32,000 bases of DNA, from sequence record MK250016.1. One strand, given 5' to 3'. Source of the stretch: Prevotella phage Lak-A1. Made by a program: the position numbers and the translations under genes. Positions 10,901-20,891 of this stretch are shown here, in pieces (the stretch's first letter is position 1; each line of letters opens with the position of its first letter). The notes below the pieces were generated by a model, which worked only from the letters and a program-made list of their open reading frames with translations, was not told the DNA's origin and searched no databases.

Positions 10901-11254
10901 ATGTCATATAATTTAATACCAAAATATTATACATTATATCCTGAGTGTTCAAGTTCAACTTATTTATATTTTCATGATGAACCTTATGCTTATTGGTTAG
11001 AGAATAGTGAATATAAAGTTTATGAATGGGTTTTGTTTAAAGAATACAATGATTATAAATCTGTATGTCATCCAAATGATTGTATATCTGCAATAAGTTA
11101 TAATGATCTCATTGATTCATTTAAAACATATTCATTTTATGAGAATATGGATCGTGAAAAGATGTGTAGAACATTTAGGCAAAGATCATTAGAAACAGAA
11201 TTTGGACCTGAATCTGAACCTTATTGGGATTTTGAAGATTTTATTGAAGAATAA
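10901..11254 (+). CDS. hypothetical protein (117 aa)
   Basis: Intact ORF. Confidence 0.6.
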   Translation: MSYNLIPKYYTLYPECSSSTYLYFHDEPYAYWLENSEYKVYEWVLFKEYNDYKSVCHPNDCISAISYNDLIDSFKTYSFYENMDREKMCRTFRQRSLETEFGPESEPYWDFEDFIEE

Positions 11255-11273
11255 TATATTTTTATATATGAAA

Positions 11274-11303
11274 ATGGGAGATGAAACTTATTTCATCTCC
11301 CAT
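11274..11303. terminator. bidirectional intrinsic terminator between convergent genes
   Basis: ATGGGAGATGAAA-ctta-TTTCATCTCCCAT, perfect 13-bp stem. Confidence 0.85.
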
Positions 11304-11324
11304 ATATTTTTATTAATAGTTTTA

Positions 11325-12224
11325 TTAATATTCTAAAGTTAAGAAACCTAAGACACAGCCGTCGTAGTCCTTATCGTAGCTGCCGATGCCACCATTATTG
11401 AGACCGACAAAGTACTCATAGCTACTTGATTTCTCTCTACTACTCCAATAATAGCCGTCATAGAAACCTCTACCAACCAATGCAGTTCTCTTTTCATTTA
11501 TAGCTGTTTTATTCGCATAAATCTGATATAATTCACCAGGAGTTGGTAAATACCAGTCACCTGATTTTGTACCTGGTGTTGAATATGCAACGCAGCAACA
11601 TGCTGGAGCACAGTAACCAATACCAGAATTATTTGTTATACCATTACATATATATGGATCTTGTTTTGTTGCTTTAGATAAACATTGTTGTGTATTCCAT
11701 TTACCACCTATATATGCTGTTGAATTCGTACCACCTTTTACATTACCTACTGTAGTACCATAATTACCAAACGTTATATTATATGGAGAAACTTGTCCCT
11801 CTGCTGGATATGCTGGATGCATATAATTTATAGAAACGAATCTAGCTGTTTTTACAGCACCCGTTGAATCATCACCATTTTTGAAGTTTTCTGAAACTTC
11901 AGGGATTACACAAATTGCAATAGGTGTATTATCTACATTGTTTGTTTGTGCGTCAAGTGTAAGTTTACCATCTGAAGTAGAATAAAGAACATCTGCAACT
12001 GCAGGAATTTTCTTTATTGATGATGAATCCAATTTAACTGGTGCCATATTTACTGAACCTAACATAACACAATTGGCATCTGGATGTCTCTGACAATAAA
12101 TAGACGCATCCTCTATTCCTTTTGTCGGTTTCACATCGAATACATATGCACCATCTCCATGATTAATTAATGAAACTGATAAATCTAACTCAGATTTACT
12201 ATCAAATACGTTAAAATATTTCAT
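11325..12224 (-). CDS. C-type-lectin-fold / DUF1566-like protein; probable diversity-generating-retroelement target (variable protein)
   Basis: SGDWYLPTPGELYQIY...YDGYYWSSREKSSSYEYFVGLNNGGIGSYDKDYDGCVLGFLTL at the C-terminus; Cys-rich middle. Confidence 0.7.
   Translation of the reverse strand: MKYFNVFDSKSELDLSVSLINHGDGAYVFDVKPTKGIEDASIYCQRHPDANCVMLGSVNMAPVKLDSSSIKKIPAVADVLYSTSDGKLTLDAQTNNVDNTPIAICVIPEVSENFKNGDDSTGAVKTARFVSINYMHPAYPAEGQVSPYNITFGNYGTTVGNVKGGTNSTAYIGGKWNTQQCLSKATKQDPYICNGITNNSGIGYCAPACCCVAYSTPGTKSGDWYLPTPGELYQIYANKTAINEKRTALVGRGFYDGYYWSSREKSSSYEYFVGLNNGGIGSYDKDYDGCVLGFLTLEY
11335..11475 (-). other. candidate DGR variable region (VR)
   Basis: Cluster of NNC codons (GGC GAC TAC GAC ... 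TAC AGC GGC ... GGC ... AGC ... GGC GAC), most reachable from AAC by changing only the A positions, in a T-ending, AT-rich genome. Confidence 0.55.
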
Positions 12225-12457
12225 AATATATTTTAAAATTATAATATTTATATAGTCAATAAATAATTTTCATGAAATCATATATATTAATAAACATAGC
12301 TAAATAGATATTTAATAATTAATTATATTTTCATAAAACTTAAATAATTCTATCAAATTTCTATCAATTTAACTTTATTTTTATTAAAATTTCATATAAA
12401 TTTTAATAAATTTTTTCAACCAGTATATAGTATCTGTGATTAATTATTTTATACTAA

Positions 12458-14386
12458 TTATGAATTATTTATAATTTTTTCTACTTCTGCTCTTTTCTTT
12501 GCAGATACAATCCAACCCGGTGTTTTAACACCATTTATATTTAAGAATTTATTATATCGACAACCAATTTCTTTTAACTTATCTTTAATAGGAAGAATAT
12601 CTTTATAATCACCATATATAGCAATAGCTCTATCTGAATAATCATAAATCTTTACATTACTATTATTTGTTACTTCAGTTCCCTTATTATTTTCAGAATT
12701 AACTTCTGTATTATTTGTTGTAGTAATATCTGATTTACGTGGTCTTCCTCTACGTTTCTTTACCTGTTGAATTTCATCATTATTTGTTTCATCTGATGTA
12801 TGTTTAACAACATTATTTTCTTTTGCTTTATTTCTTAATTCTTTCCTTAATTGTTTAGCTTCTTCTTTTCGTTGTTCAACAATTTTAGCTCTACGTTCTT
12901 CAACAGGTTTAACAATTACATCGCGTAAAGTTTCTGTACCACCTTTTTCAAGTTTAAATGATGTATGATCTAACCATTTACAGAATGCTTCATATGTCTT
13001 ATATGTATTTGTAACTGACATACGTTTCGCAAGAATATATGAAATAAATCTATCACCTAATGATTTTATACGTATTACCCAGTTATTACCAAAATATGTT
13101 GTGTCAGGTTTTAAATATTTGATACAGTTTTCTTTCATTAATTCTGCATCTTCTTTCTTATCTTCTGTACGTTTATTTACAGAATCAATTTTTGCTTTTT
13201 CTTTTGCTTCTTGTGCTTCTTTATTATCTGGTTCTACATATTCTCTATGTGGTCCATCCTTTGAACTATAGCAATCAAGGAACCAATCTTTCGATGTCAA
13301 TATTGTTTTCCATTGTGGTTTTGTTGGTTTCCATCGTCTACAATTAGCCTCAAATTTATAAGGACCTAACTGGATCATAATTCCATAATTTTTACCAGGG
13401 AATCCACATGCTTCAAAATTAAATTTAGGTAAATTTCCCATAGTAATACCTTCAAATGACATATAAGGCAAAACTCTCCATGGTAATTGTCTAACTCTTG
13501 CTGTCAATTCTGAACAGTTAGAAGGGAAACCAACAAAATTTATTTTAACTTTCCCGTCTAATGGTTGATATGGTTGATTAACAGTTCTTTCATCATTAAA
13601 TTCTAATTGAGCTCTATATGTTCCATTAGGTAAACCTGTAAGATTTCCTGTTTTTGGTAATCCTTTATATGAATAAACATCATTTCTGAATGATGTATTT
13701 ATTTTCTTAATAAATGAATAATCATTCATATTATAACATTCCATTAAACTTATTGAATCAGTTGATTCAATGTTAATAGTTTCATTATCAATCCAACATC
13801 TTAATAAATTAATATCAACATCACCTTTATAATAATAGTTATGTTCATCAAATACAGTAGAATATAATTTTTCTTCTTTAATAACATCACCATTAACATA
13901 AAAGTTTTTTGGATAAACACCCTTTAAACCGACACTAATAAAATTGATATTTTTTAAGTCTATTATATTATTAATTGCATCTGAATCTTTTGCGTTTACA
14001 TATCTTCCAACTTCTAGATTATATCTAAGCAATACATTACTGATACTGAATTCATTAAGTTCATCAATAAATTTCTGTGCATCATTTAAACGTCTAAAAG
14101 ATACATGTGTTAAATAAACTTTTGGTTCTTCTGGTTTTTTTGTTTCATAATAGAAAGCTACTGTAGACCCTTCTACTTCTGAATGAACTTTTTTATCTAC
14201 TGCATTTTTAATATCAATATAGCTATTACTGAATGTTTGCTCTGTTAAATACGATTCACAATATGTTAACATATTTTTCGTTATCTTACCAGCAAGATCA
14301 GATGATAAATCATCTTGGTTATCTACAATATCCTCAAAATCATCATCAAATAAACTTTCAATCAAACGTTTTACACATTTATTCAT
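12458..14386 (-). CDS. hypothetical 642-aa protein with AT-hook-like KKRRGRPRKS and a C-terminal small domain (YDYSDRAIAIYGDYKDILPIKDKLKEIGCRYNKFLNINGVKTPGWIVSAKKRAEVEKII)
   Basis: Long uninterrupted ORF; motifs read directly. C-terminal segment resembles small domains seen in phage and mobile-element DNA-processing proteins. Confidence 0.8.
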   Translation of the reverse strand: MNKCVKRLIESLFDDDFEDIVDNQDDLSSDLAGKITKNMLTYCESYLTEQTFSNSYIDIKNAVDKKVHSEVEGSTVAFYYETKKPEEPKVYLTHVSFRRLNDAQKFIDELNEFSISNVLLRYNLEVGRYVNAKDSDAINNIIDLKNINFISVGLKGVYPKNFYVNGDVIKEEKLYSTVFDEHNYYYKGDVDINLLRCWIDNETINIESTDSISLMECYNMNDYSFIKKINTSFRNDVYSYKGLPKTGNLTGLPNGTYRAQLEFNDERTVNQPYQPLDGKVKINFVGFPSNCSELTARVRQLPWRVLPYMSFEGITMGNLPKFNFEACGFPGKNYGIMIQLGPYKFEANCRRWKPTKPQWKTILTSKDWFLDCYSSKDGPHREYVEPDNKEAQEAKEKAKIDSVNKRTEDKKEDAELMKENCIKYLKPDTTYFGNNWVIRIKSLGDRFISYILAKRMSVTNTYKTYEAFCKWLDHTSFKLEKGGTETLRDVIVKPVEERRAKIVEQRKEEAKQLRKELRNKAKENNVVKHTSDETNNDEIQQVKKRRGRPRKSDITTTNNTEVNSENNKGTEVTNNSNVKIYDYSDRAIAIYGDYKDILPIKDKLKEIGCRYNKFLNINGVKTPGWIVSAKKRAEVEKIINNS

Positions 14387-14428
14387 ATTTTATAATTAAA
14401 AATTAACTTTTATTATTTATTAAAAATA

Positions 14429-14464
14429 AAAGGTACAAGTTATATTATCTAACTGTACCTTTTC
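14429..14464. terminator. terminator-like hairpin downstream of the nuclease gene
   Basis: aaaaggtacaagtta...taactgtacctttt with one bulge. Confidence 0.6.
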
Positions 14465-15635
14465 CGAAAACTTTATTAATATCTCGCTTAATTTCTATTA
14501 TCGTATTCTTTATATATGTTTTATCATAATCCAATATATAATCTTTAAATCTACTACCATTATACTTATATCCTTTAAGTTCATGAAATAACTATAATAC
14601 ACGACTTAAACAATCTGTATATGTATTATTATCAATTTTACATATTATTAATGTATCATATATTTTTTGTTTTATATCATTAAACTATTTCTTTAATACA
14701 TAAAAATCTCCTTCTGTATTATGAATTAATCTGTTAATACCTTTTGATGTATATCCTGTAGATATAAGTAATGCTCTATCTACTAATGTATTATATTTGT
14801 TAAATGGTGTTCTTATTTTTAGATTTAAGACTGTATTGAAATTCGTATCTGATTTTTGTCCAAGTTTTTTAAAGGTACCATCTTTATTAAATTCGCAATC
14901 AATTGCAATAGGTGCAGGCATAACATATGTTTTAAAATATTCAGCTTCACCTGTTTCTGAATTACAGAAATAAAAGAAAAATACAGTAGTAATATTTCGA
15001 AGACATGTTTGACATTTATTTTCTTTTATTTCCAACTATCGCATATCATTTAAAATCTAATCAATACCTTTCATTGCATTATTAACTTTACCCTTAAATG
15101 TATTATCATCAAAGAAACTACATAAAACTGATTTAACTTCTATATATGTTTCATCACCATTTGGATATGTTAATTTAATATCTGGACATTCATTCCTACC
15201 ATTTGGTTCATGTTCAATTTTATAACCATCGGTTTCTGAAAATATTCTATGTACAATATATTCTGATGTATCATGACATAAAGTCATAAGCATTGAATCT
15301 TTATATAACAGTTTATTTTCATATGACATAAACTATGTTAATGAACCATTAAATGTAATATCTTCAGTATCTTTATAGATTTCTGTAAAATTCGGTTCTG
15401 GTAATGAAAGTGTTAAATAATAATCATCCATATAAGTATAAATGGAATTGTACAATTTATAGAACTATCGTTTATACTCATCATCAGTAGAATACTCTAA
15501 CCACTATCGAATACTTTCTTCCAAATCATTTGCTACAAAAATACTATCATCTAATGATGATAGAAACTATCGTCTTTCCTATGGATTATTAATACATTTA
15601 AGAATACGCTACGGACTTTTTGATTTATTTAACAT
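14445..15635 (-). CDS. PD-(D/E)XK-like nuclease candidate (~396 aa), TAG-recoded
   Basis: Track ORFs 14685..15035 and 15057..15329 share one frame. ATG at 15635; TAG at 15609, 15579, 15567, 15504, 15465, 15333, 15057, 15036, 14685, 14592; TAA at 14445. Motif NECPDIKLTYPNGDETYIEVKS fits PD...(D/E)xK. Confidence 0.7.
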
Positions 15636-15680
15636 TTTTTATTTTAGATTTATTTTAATACATATTATAATGAAACTGTA

Positions 15681-16040
15681 TTAAAAAGTCTTTTTAAAAT
15701 TAATCAAAGATTCTGTTATGTTTATAATTGTATCTCCTTTATAAACTGTTTCATTGAAATGATATTCATCTATAAGTTTCCCTTGTTTTGTCCGTATATT
15801 TAATTTCACATTAAAATTTAAAACATCATTATCTTCATCAGATGCAATTAAATATTCATCATCAAATTTCATAATTACATGATGTTCAGAATGTTCGTCT
15901 CCTATTAATACATTTAAATTTGTTATGCAATAATTTTTAATTTTATTCTTTACAATAACATTAAATCTTTTATCTGATAATTTTCGTTCATTATTTTTAT
16001 TATCATTAAAAATATTTCTTAATAACGTAATCAATTTCAT
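15681..16040 (-). CDS. hypothetical protein (119 aa)
   Basis: Intact ORF. Confidence 0.6.
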   Translation of the reverse strand: MKLITLLRNIFNDNKNNERKLSDKRFNVIVKNKIKNYCITNLNVLIGDEHSEHHVIMKFDDEYLIASDEDNDVLNFNVKLNIRTKQGKLIDEYHFNETVYKGDTIINITESLINFKKTF

Positions 16041-16073
16041 TTATTCTTAACAATTTATTTTCACCTAAAAATA

Positions 16074-16107
16074 AAAAGGAATATACTATCACAATATATT
16101 CCTTTTA
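16074..16107. terminator. terminator-like hairpin
   Basis: aaaaggaatata-ctatcacaa-tatattcctttt. Confidence 0.75.
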
Positions 16108-16125
16108 TTTTATATATTTTGTCTT

Positions 16126-16677
16126 TTATTTATATTTAACCATATAATTAAATACCTGATCAAATGTTGATCCAATTGACCAGAAATTTTTTATATCTTT
16201 TATACTTTCATCTGCTACTATAACTGTTGTATCATAAAATTCATTATCATAAACTTCAGTTAACATTCTTAATTCATCACTTATTATACAAATGGTATTT
16301 TCTGTTTGAAATTGTCTTGTTAACTTCAATTCTTTATCATCATTATATAAATTATATGGATATTCTTTATAAATGTCGATAATAGGATTTATAGCAATGA
16401 GATTTCCATCATAAAAAGATTGTAACCAGAAGTATGCTGCAGGTCCATCTGTTATAACACATGCATATTTGTCTATACATGCATATATAGTTTCAGAATC
16501 AATTTCCATCTGTATGTTTTCTGGTACATAATTATATTGTTTCTGTATATCATTAAATAGTTTAAAGACTATATCATAATTATCACCATAACAAAATTTT
16601 ATTTGTTCTATAAACATATTATAACGTTTATCAGTATTATAATCATGATCAAGAATAATTAAGATTTTTTGTTTCAT
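16126..16677 (-). CDS. hypothetical protein (183 aa)
   Basis: Intact ORF; alpha/beta pattern with no firm family. Confidence 0.65.
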   Translation of the reverse strand: MKQKILIILDHDYNTDKRYNMFIEQIKFCYGDNYDIVFKLFNDIQKQYNYVPENIQMEIDSETIYACIDKYACVITDGPAAYFWLQSFYDGNLIAINPIIDIYKEYPYNLYNDDKELKLTRQFQTENTICIISDELRMLTEVYDNEFYDTTVIVADESIKDIKNFWSIGSTFDQVFNYMVKYK

Positions 16678-16825
16678 AATTCAAAACATATTTTAATTTT
16701 AACTATGTTTGACATCGTTTTTAAAAATAAACAATTAATATTTCATTTTTATCCTAATTATTACTAAAAATACATATATAATATTTATTTAATAAACAAT
16801 TGTAAACTTTACACTTATTAAAAAT

Positions 16826-17689
16826 ATGAAGATAATAGATTTTACGCAATATAAAAATGTTTATTTCTTTGGTGATCCACATGGAATAAACATAATTTAT
16901 GATATATTACGTTCATATGTAAATGAAGATAATATATCAGATAATTCCGTTATATTCTCTTGCGGAGATAACGGTGTCGGTTTTTATGATATTAAAACAG
17001 ATTCTAATAAGTTGAAACTATGTAATGATATATGTATTAAACATAATATTCAATTAATATTAATACGTGGTAATCATGATAATCCTGATTTATATAAAGA
17101 ATCATCACCTTTGAATAAAAGCAATATATCATTAGTTGATGATTTCACTGTAGTTAAAACAGCAGATTATAATATCATATGTATAGGTGGTGCAATATCA
17201 ATAGACAGAACAGATCGAGTTCTTAATAAAACATATTGGAAAAATGAAGGAACAAGAATATTAGATGATGAATTAAAAGAAGAAATTAAATCATTAGATT
17301 TTAATATTGATATTGTTTGTTCACATAATTGTCCTACATATCAGAAACCAAGAGATGAATATCCATTAACATCTGATAATCCATTGTTTAATTGGTCCAT
17401 ATGGGACTCAAAACTTTTAGATGATAACTTTATAGACCGCAGTAATTTGGATGCGATACACAAAGAATTAAGTATGTCTAACAAGATTAAATACTGGATC
17501 TATGGTCATTTCCATAACCATTATGATTCAATAGAGAATAATCCTAAATTTATTTGTCTTGACATGTATTATAAGAATATAAAAATACTAAAGAAAACTA
17601 ATAACTCTTTAATATATAAAACAGGTCCTGATATTTTAGATATACATAATATCGATAAGTTTAATCAAATTAAAATAAAAGAAATTTAA
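16826..17689 (+). CDS. calcineurin-like metallophosphoesterase
   Basis: FFGDPHG, CGDNGVGF, LIRGNHDNPD, VCSHNCPT, YGHFHNH. Confidence 0.9.
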   Translation: MKIIDFTQYKNVYFFGDPHGINIIYDILRSYVNEDNISDNSVIFSCGDNGVGFYDIKTDSNKLKLCNDICIKHNIQLILIRGNHDNPDLYKESSPLNKSNISLVDDFTVVKTADYNIICIGGAISIDRTDRVLNKTYWKNEGTRILDDELKEEIKSLDFNIDIVCSHNCPTYQKPRDEYPLTSDNPLFNWSIWDSKLLDDNFIDRSNLDAIHKELSMSNKIKYWIYGHFHNHYDSIENNPKFICLDMYYKNIKILKKTNNSLIYKTGPDILDIHNIDKFNQIKIKEI

Positions 17690-17696
17690 TATACAA

Positions 17697-18047
17697 ATGG
17701 TAACAATATTTATAGGATTTATAGGATTTGTATTATGTCTTATACAATTAATCATATTTGATTGGTTCACTAAAAAATTTACATATACAAATAAATGGTT
17801 TATATATAATAATTTAGAAAAAAGAGAAGATTCAAAGCCAATAAAAATAAAACGGTATTGGTATATCTTATATTGTATATGTATGTTAATACCTATAGCT
17901 AATTTATTTTTATTCATAATCTGTTTCTTCATGTCATTCATGATGAGATTGGATTATAATTACTATTATAATGGAAATAACATTACAGTATTAACATTAA
18001 TAAAATTTAAAAATAAATTAAAATATTATTTAAATACAGAAGTATAA
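17697..18047 (+). CDS. small membrane protein (two TM segments)
   Basis: VTIFIGFIGFVLCLIQLIIFDW and YIILYCICMLIPIANLFLFIICFFMSFM-type hydrophobic stretches (read from ORF). Confidence 0.65.
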   Translation: MVTIFIGFIGFVLCLIQLIIFDWFTKKFTYTNKWFIYNNLEKREDSKPIKIKRYWYILYCICMLIPIANLFLFIICFFMSFMMRLDYNYYYNGNNITVLTLIKFKNKLKYYLNTEV

Positions 18048-18092
18048 AAATTAAGGTTCTAATCTTATTCACAAAAGATTAGAACCTTAATT
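18048..18092. terminator. bidirectional terminator between convergent genes
   Basis: aaaattaaggttctaatctt...aagattagaaccttaatttt, ~19-bp stem. Confidence 0.85.
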
Positions 18093-18106
18093 TTATTTAG
18101 TTTTAA

Positions 18107-18925
18107 TTAAATAATACATTTTTCACCACAATATGGGCAGAACTTAAATTTTGAATTAAGTTTTCTTCCACAATTAGTACAATATATTTTATTCAAATCA
18201 CTTGTCGTATATGGTTTCCTTGATTTAGGAAGAATCTTTATATATTCTCTTTTAAATGGATAATTTTCAAATTCATTATTTACTGTTTCAAATTTCTGAT
18301 TTGAATAACCACCATTTTCAATTCTACCTGTTTCAATAGTAGTATCATTAACATTAGTTTTATATAAAGCTTTATTATATGTATTTCCATCAATACTTGC
18401 ACAACAACAGTTAGTAACATTATTTGTTAATAAAACATTATTATTAGTATCTGAACATGTAACTACAGTATCATAACTTGGAACAGTATATGTATTTTGA
18501 TTAGAAATTAATGGACTCTCTTTCCATAAAACATTTAATGTATTATAAATATTTGTTTTAATTCTTGATGATACTCTTTCTTTATAAAACTTTACAGTAA
18601 TATTACCATTATTCGCAATAGCATGTTTTACCTGTACATCATTATCATCTACTTCATAAGTAGAAAATTTAAATTTAACCTGATTATCCAAATAACGTTC
18701 TAACCATACTCTCTCACCTGGTTTCAAAACTAACATACCATCTATATCTTTACCATTAAATGTAAATGTAACACCAATAGTAAACTGTTCAGAATTAAAT
18801 AACTGAATTTCAAATTCATCATTATTGTCCATATAAACAACACGTGAATCTTCATTTGTAGAATACTCTTTCAAAAGAGATTTGTTAATAGCTAACTAAG
18901 CCATCTTCTTTTCATTAATAATCAT
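18107..18925 (-). CDS. hypothetical protein (~272 aa) with C-terminal zinc ribbon; extended N-terminus MIINEKKMAQLAINKSLLKEYS through a TAG
   Basis: Track start is TTG at 18874. Upstream in-frame ATG at 18925 (or 18904) with cta at 18896. C-terminus YCTNCGRKLNSKFKFCPYCGEKC. Confidence 0.75.
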
Positions 18926-19260
18926 AAGTCATATATAATTTATTTTAAACTTATCTATTAAACTTTCAATTCTATACAAAATTTCAAAAGTACTTGAATA
19001 ATACTCAGTCTAATAGAAATATCATTATCTAATTTTAATTATAATAGATATAAATTAAAAAATAATTTTTAATATCTATCTTTAACTTAATACTATATAT
19101 TAATTATACTACAATATTTATAAAAAGTTTATATTTACTAATAAATTTTAAAAAATAATTTAATAAATAAAAAATATTTACATTTCCGAAAGACTTACCT
19201 TACTAAATTCATTAAATTATTAAAAATTATAAATAAATTTTTTCATATATTTATATATAG

Positions 19261-19328
19261 ATCTATCACAACCTTAAATACTAACATATTTATTATACTT
19301 GAGTTCTGAGAAAAAGTCTACATTTTTT
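19261..19328 (+). repeat. direct repeat copy 1
   Basis: atctatcacaaccttaaatactaacatatttattatacttgagttctgagaaaaagtctacattttt. Confidence 0.85.
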
Positions 19329-19505
19329 CTAAATATTTTTAATGAATTCTAAAAATAATTCATAACTAATTAATATTCAATAAATTAAATAAAATATTTT
19401 TCATATAATTTTCATATAAATTAATATAAAATAAAAATTCAGATCTAAATTAATATAAATTTAAATCTGAATTAAAAATTAAATTTTTTATATACTATAT
19501 ATAAT

Positions 19506-19572
19506 ATCTATCTCAACCTTAAATACTAACATATTTATTATACTGAGCTTTCTAGAAAAAGTCTACATTTTT
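19506..19572 (+). repeat. direct repeat copy 2
   Basis: atctatctcaaccttaaatactaacatatttattatactgagctttctagaaaaagtctacattttt; near-identical to copy 1, 245 bp downstream. Confidence 0.85.
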
Positions 19573-19660
19573 AAGAATTATTTTTTAACTATTTTTAATG
19601 ATATTTTTTTAAACTTTACAAATAATATCTAATATAACTATAGAAAATTAATTTAATTTA

Positions 19661-20200
19661 ATGGATATGGATTTTAATACTAAAGTATAGTTTACGAGAA
19701 CACGTAATGTAAAGATGCCTAATAGAGCAAATAAGCATGATGCAGGTACAGATTTTTTTGTACCTTATTATAATTAGGAGTTTCTTGTTGATTTGATTAA
19801 GAAGAATACAGGTAATAAGATTTTCTATAAGATTGAGAATGATGATTTGTTTATCACTATTCCGGCTGGTGAACAGGTAATGATTCCATCAGGAATTAAG
19901 GTATGGATTAATGATAAGAGAACATATCTTCAGGCAACTAATAAGTCTGGTGTTGCTTCAAAATATCATCTTGATGTTATGGCAAATACGATTGATGCAG
20001 ATTATCAGGGAGAAGTTCATATTAATCTTTGTAACAATGGTAATACAGATATTACAGTTCAGACTGGTCAGAAACTTGTACAGTTTATTCATCAGATTTA
20101 TCTTGATACTGATTGGGTTGAAATGGATGAGAAAGAATATGATGAGATTGAAGCATCAGACAGAGGTGATGGAATGGCAGGTTCTACCGGAACATTCTAA
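19661..20200 (+). CDS. dut: dUTP pyrophosphatase (dUTPase), two in-frame TAGs (19688, 19775)
   Basis: VKMPNRANKHDAGTDFFVP, NKSGVASKYHLDVMANTIDADYQGEVHINLCN, GQKLVQFI, DRGDGMAGSTGTF. Confidence 0.92.
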
Positions 20201-20237
20201 AAAAATAAAATATATTTAAGAATATGAATTTAAGAAT

Positions 20238-20759
20238 ATGAATAAGCTACGTAATTTCGAGTTTGAATATAATGGAGAAAAATATTGGTATTCACGTTCT
20301 ATAACAGTTGCAACTTGTATTTTCTGTAAGGATTCAGACGGAAATTGGTGTGCATTAATTAATAAAAGAGGTAAAGGTTGTCCGACTGCTGTTGGAAAGT
20401 GGAATGTGCCTGCAGGATATTTGGATCATGATGAAGATATATGTTCATGCGGTATGAGAGAAACATATGAAGAAACTGGTCTTATTATTCCACGGGTATT
20501 AATGAATTTTTACGCAATTAATTCAGTTCCAGATACAAAACGACAAAATGTAAATGTAATATATTATGTTGTTCTTCCTGGTGTTATTGATGATTATCAG
20601 TTAACAACTGAACATTCAGAACCAGATGAAGTAGATGATATAATGTTTATACCAATATCAATGATATTTACATCTGATATACAAATTGCATTTAATAATG
20701 ATAATATTTTATTGGACGTATATAATAAGATTATCATTAATCATAATAAAAGTAAGTAA
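20238..20759 (+). CDS. Nudix hydrolase
   Basis: Nudix box GYLDHDEDICSCGMRETYEETGLI. Confidence 0.93.
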   Translation: MNKLRNFEFEYNGEKYWYSRSITVATCIFCKDSDGNWCALINKRGKGCPTAVGKWNVPAGYLDHDEDICSCGMRETYEETGLIIPRVLMNFYAINSVPDTKRQNVNVIYYVVLPGVIDDYQLTTEHSEPDEVDDIMFIPISMIFTSDIQIAFNNDNILLDVYNKIIINHNKSK

Positions 20760-20764
20760 TTTTT

Positions 20765-20803
20765 TATCCTTGAATTATTTTATAATAGTTCAAGGATTTT
20801 TTA
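20765..20803 (+). terminator. intrinsic terminator
   Basis: atccttgaattattttataatagttcaaggattttttatt. Confidence 0.8.
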
Positions 20804-20820
20804 TTATAAATTATTTAATG

Positions 20821-20828
20821 TATCTTTG
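20821..20828 (+). promoter_or_regulatory. Bacteroidetes-type -7 element (TATCTTTG)
   Basis: Directly downstream of a terminator and upstream of the 20892 gene. Confidence 0.55.
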
Positions 20829-20891
20829 TAAAAGTAAACAAAATAGTTTTTTAACATTATAATAGTTTATAATGAATATAAAATAATTATC

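Larger units (their letters stand above)
18926..19660. other. 735-nt non-coding region between divergent genes; candidate origin or regulatory region
   Basis: No plausible ORF; very AT-rich; contains two copies of a ~67-bp direct repeat. Confidence 0.5.

Noticed and set aside
11325-12224. Template repeat or reverse transcriptase of a DGR inside this window
   Set aside because: No second copy of the VR-like sequence and no RT motif was seen in the frames read; they would have to be elsewhere.
18926-19660. CRISPR array
   Set aside because: Only two long imperfect repeats with a 178-bp gap; no regular spacer structure and no cas genes.
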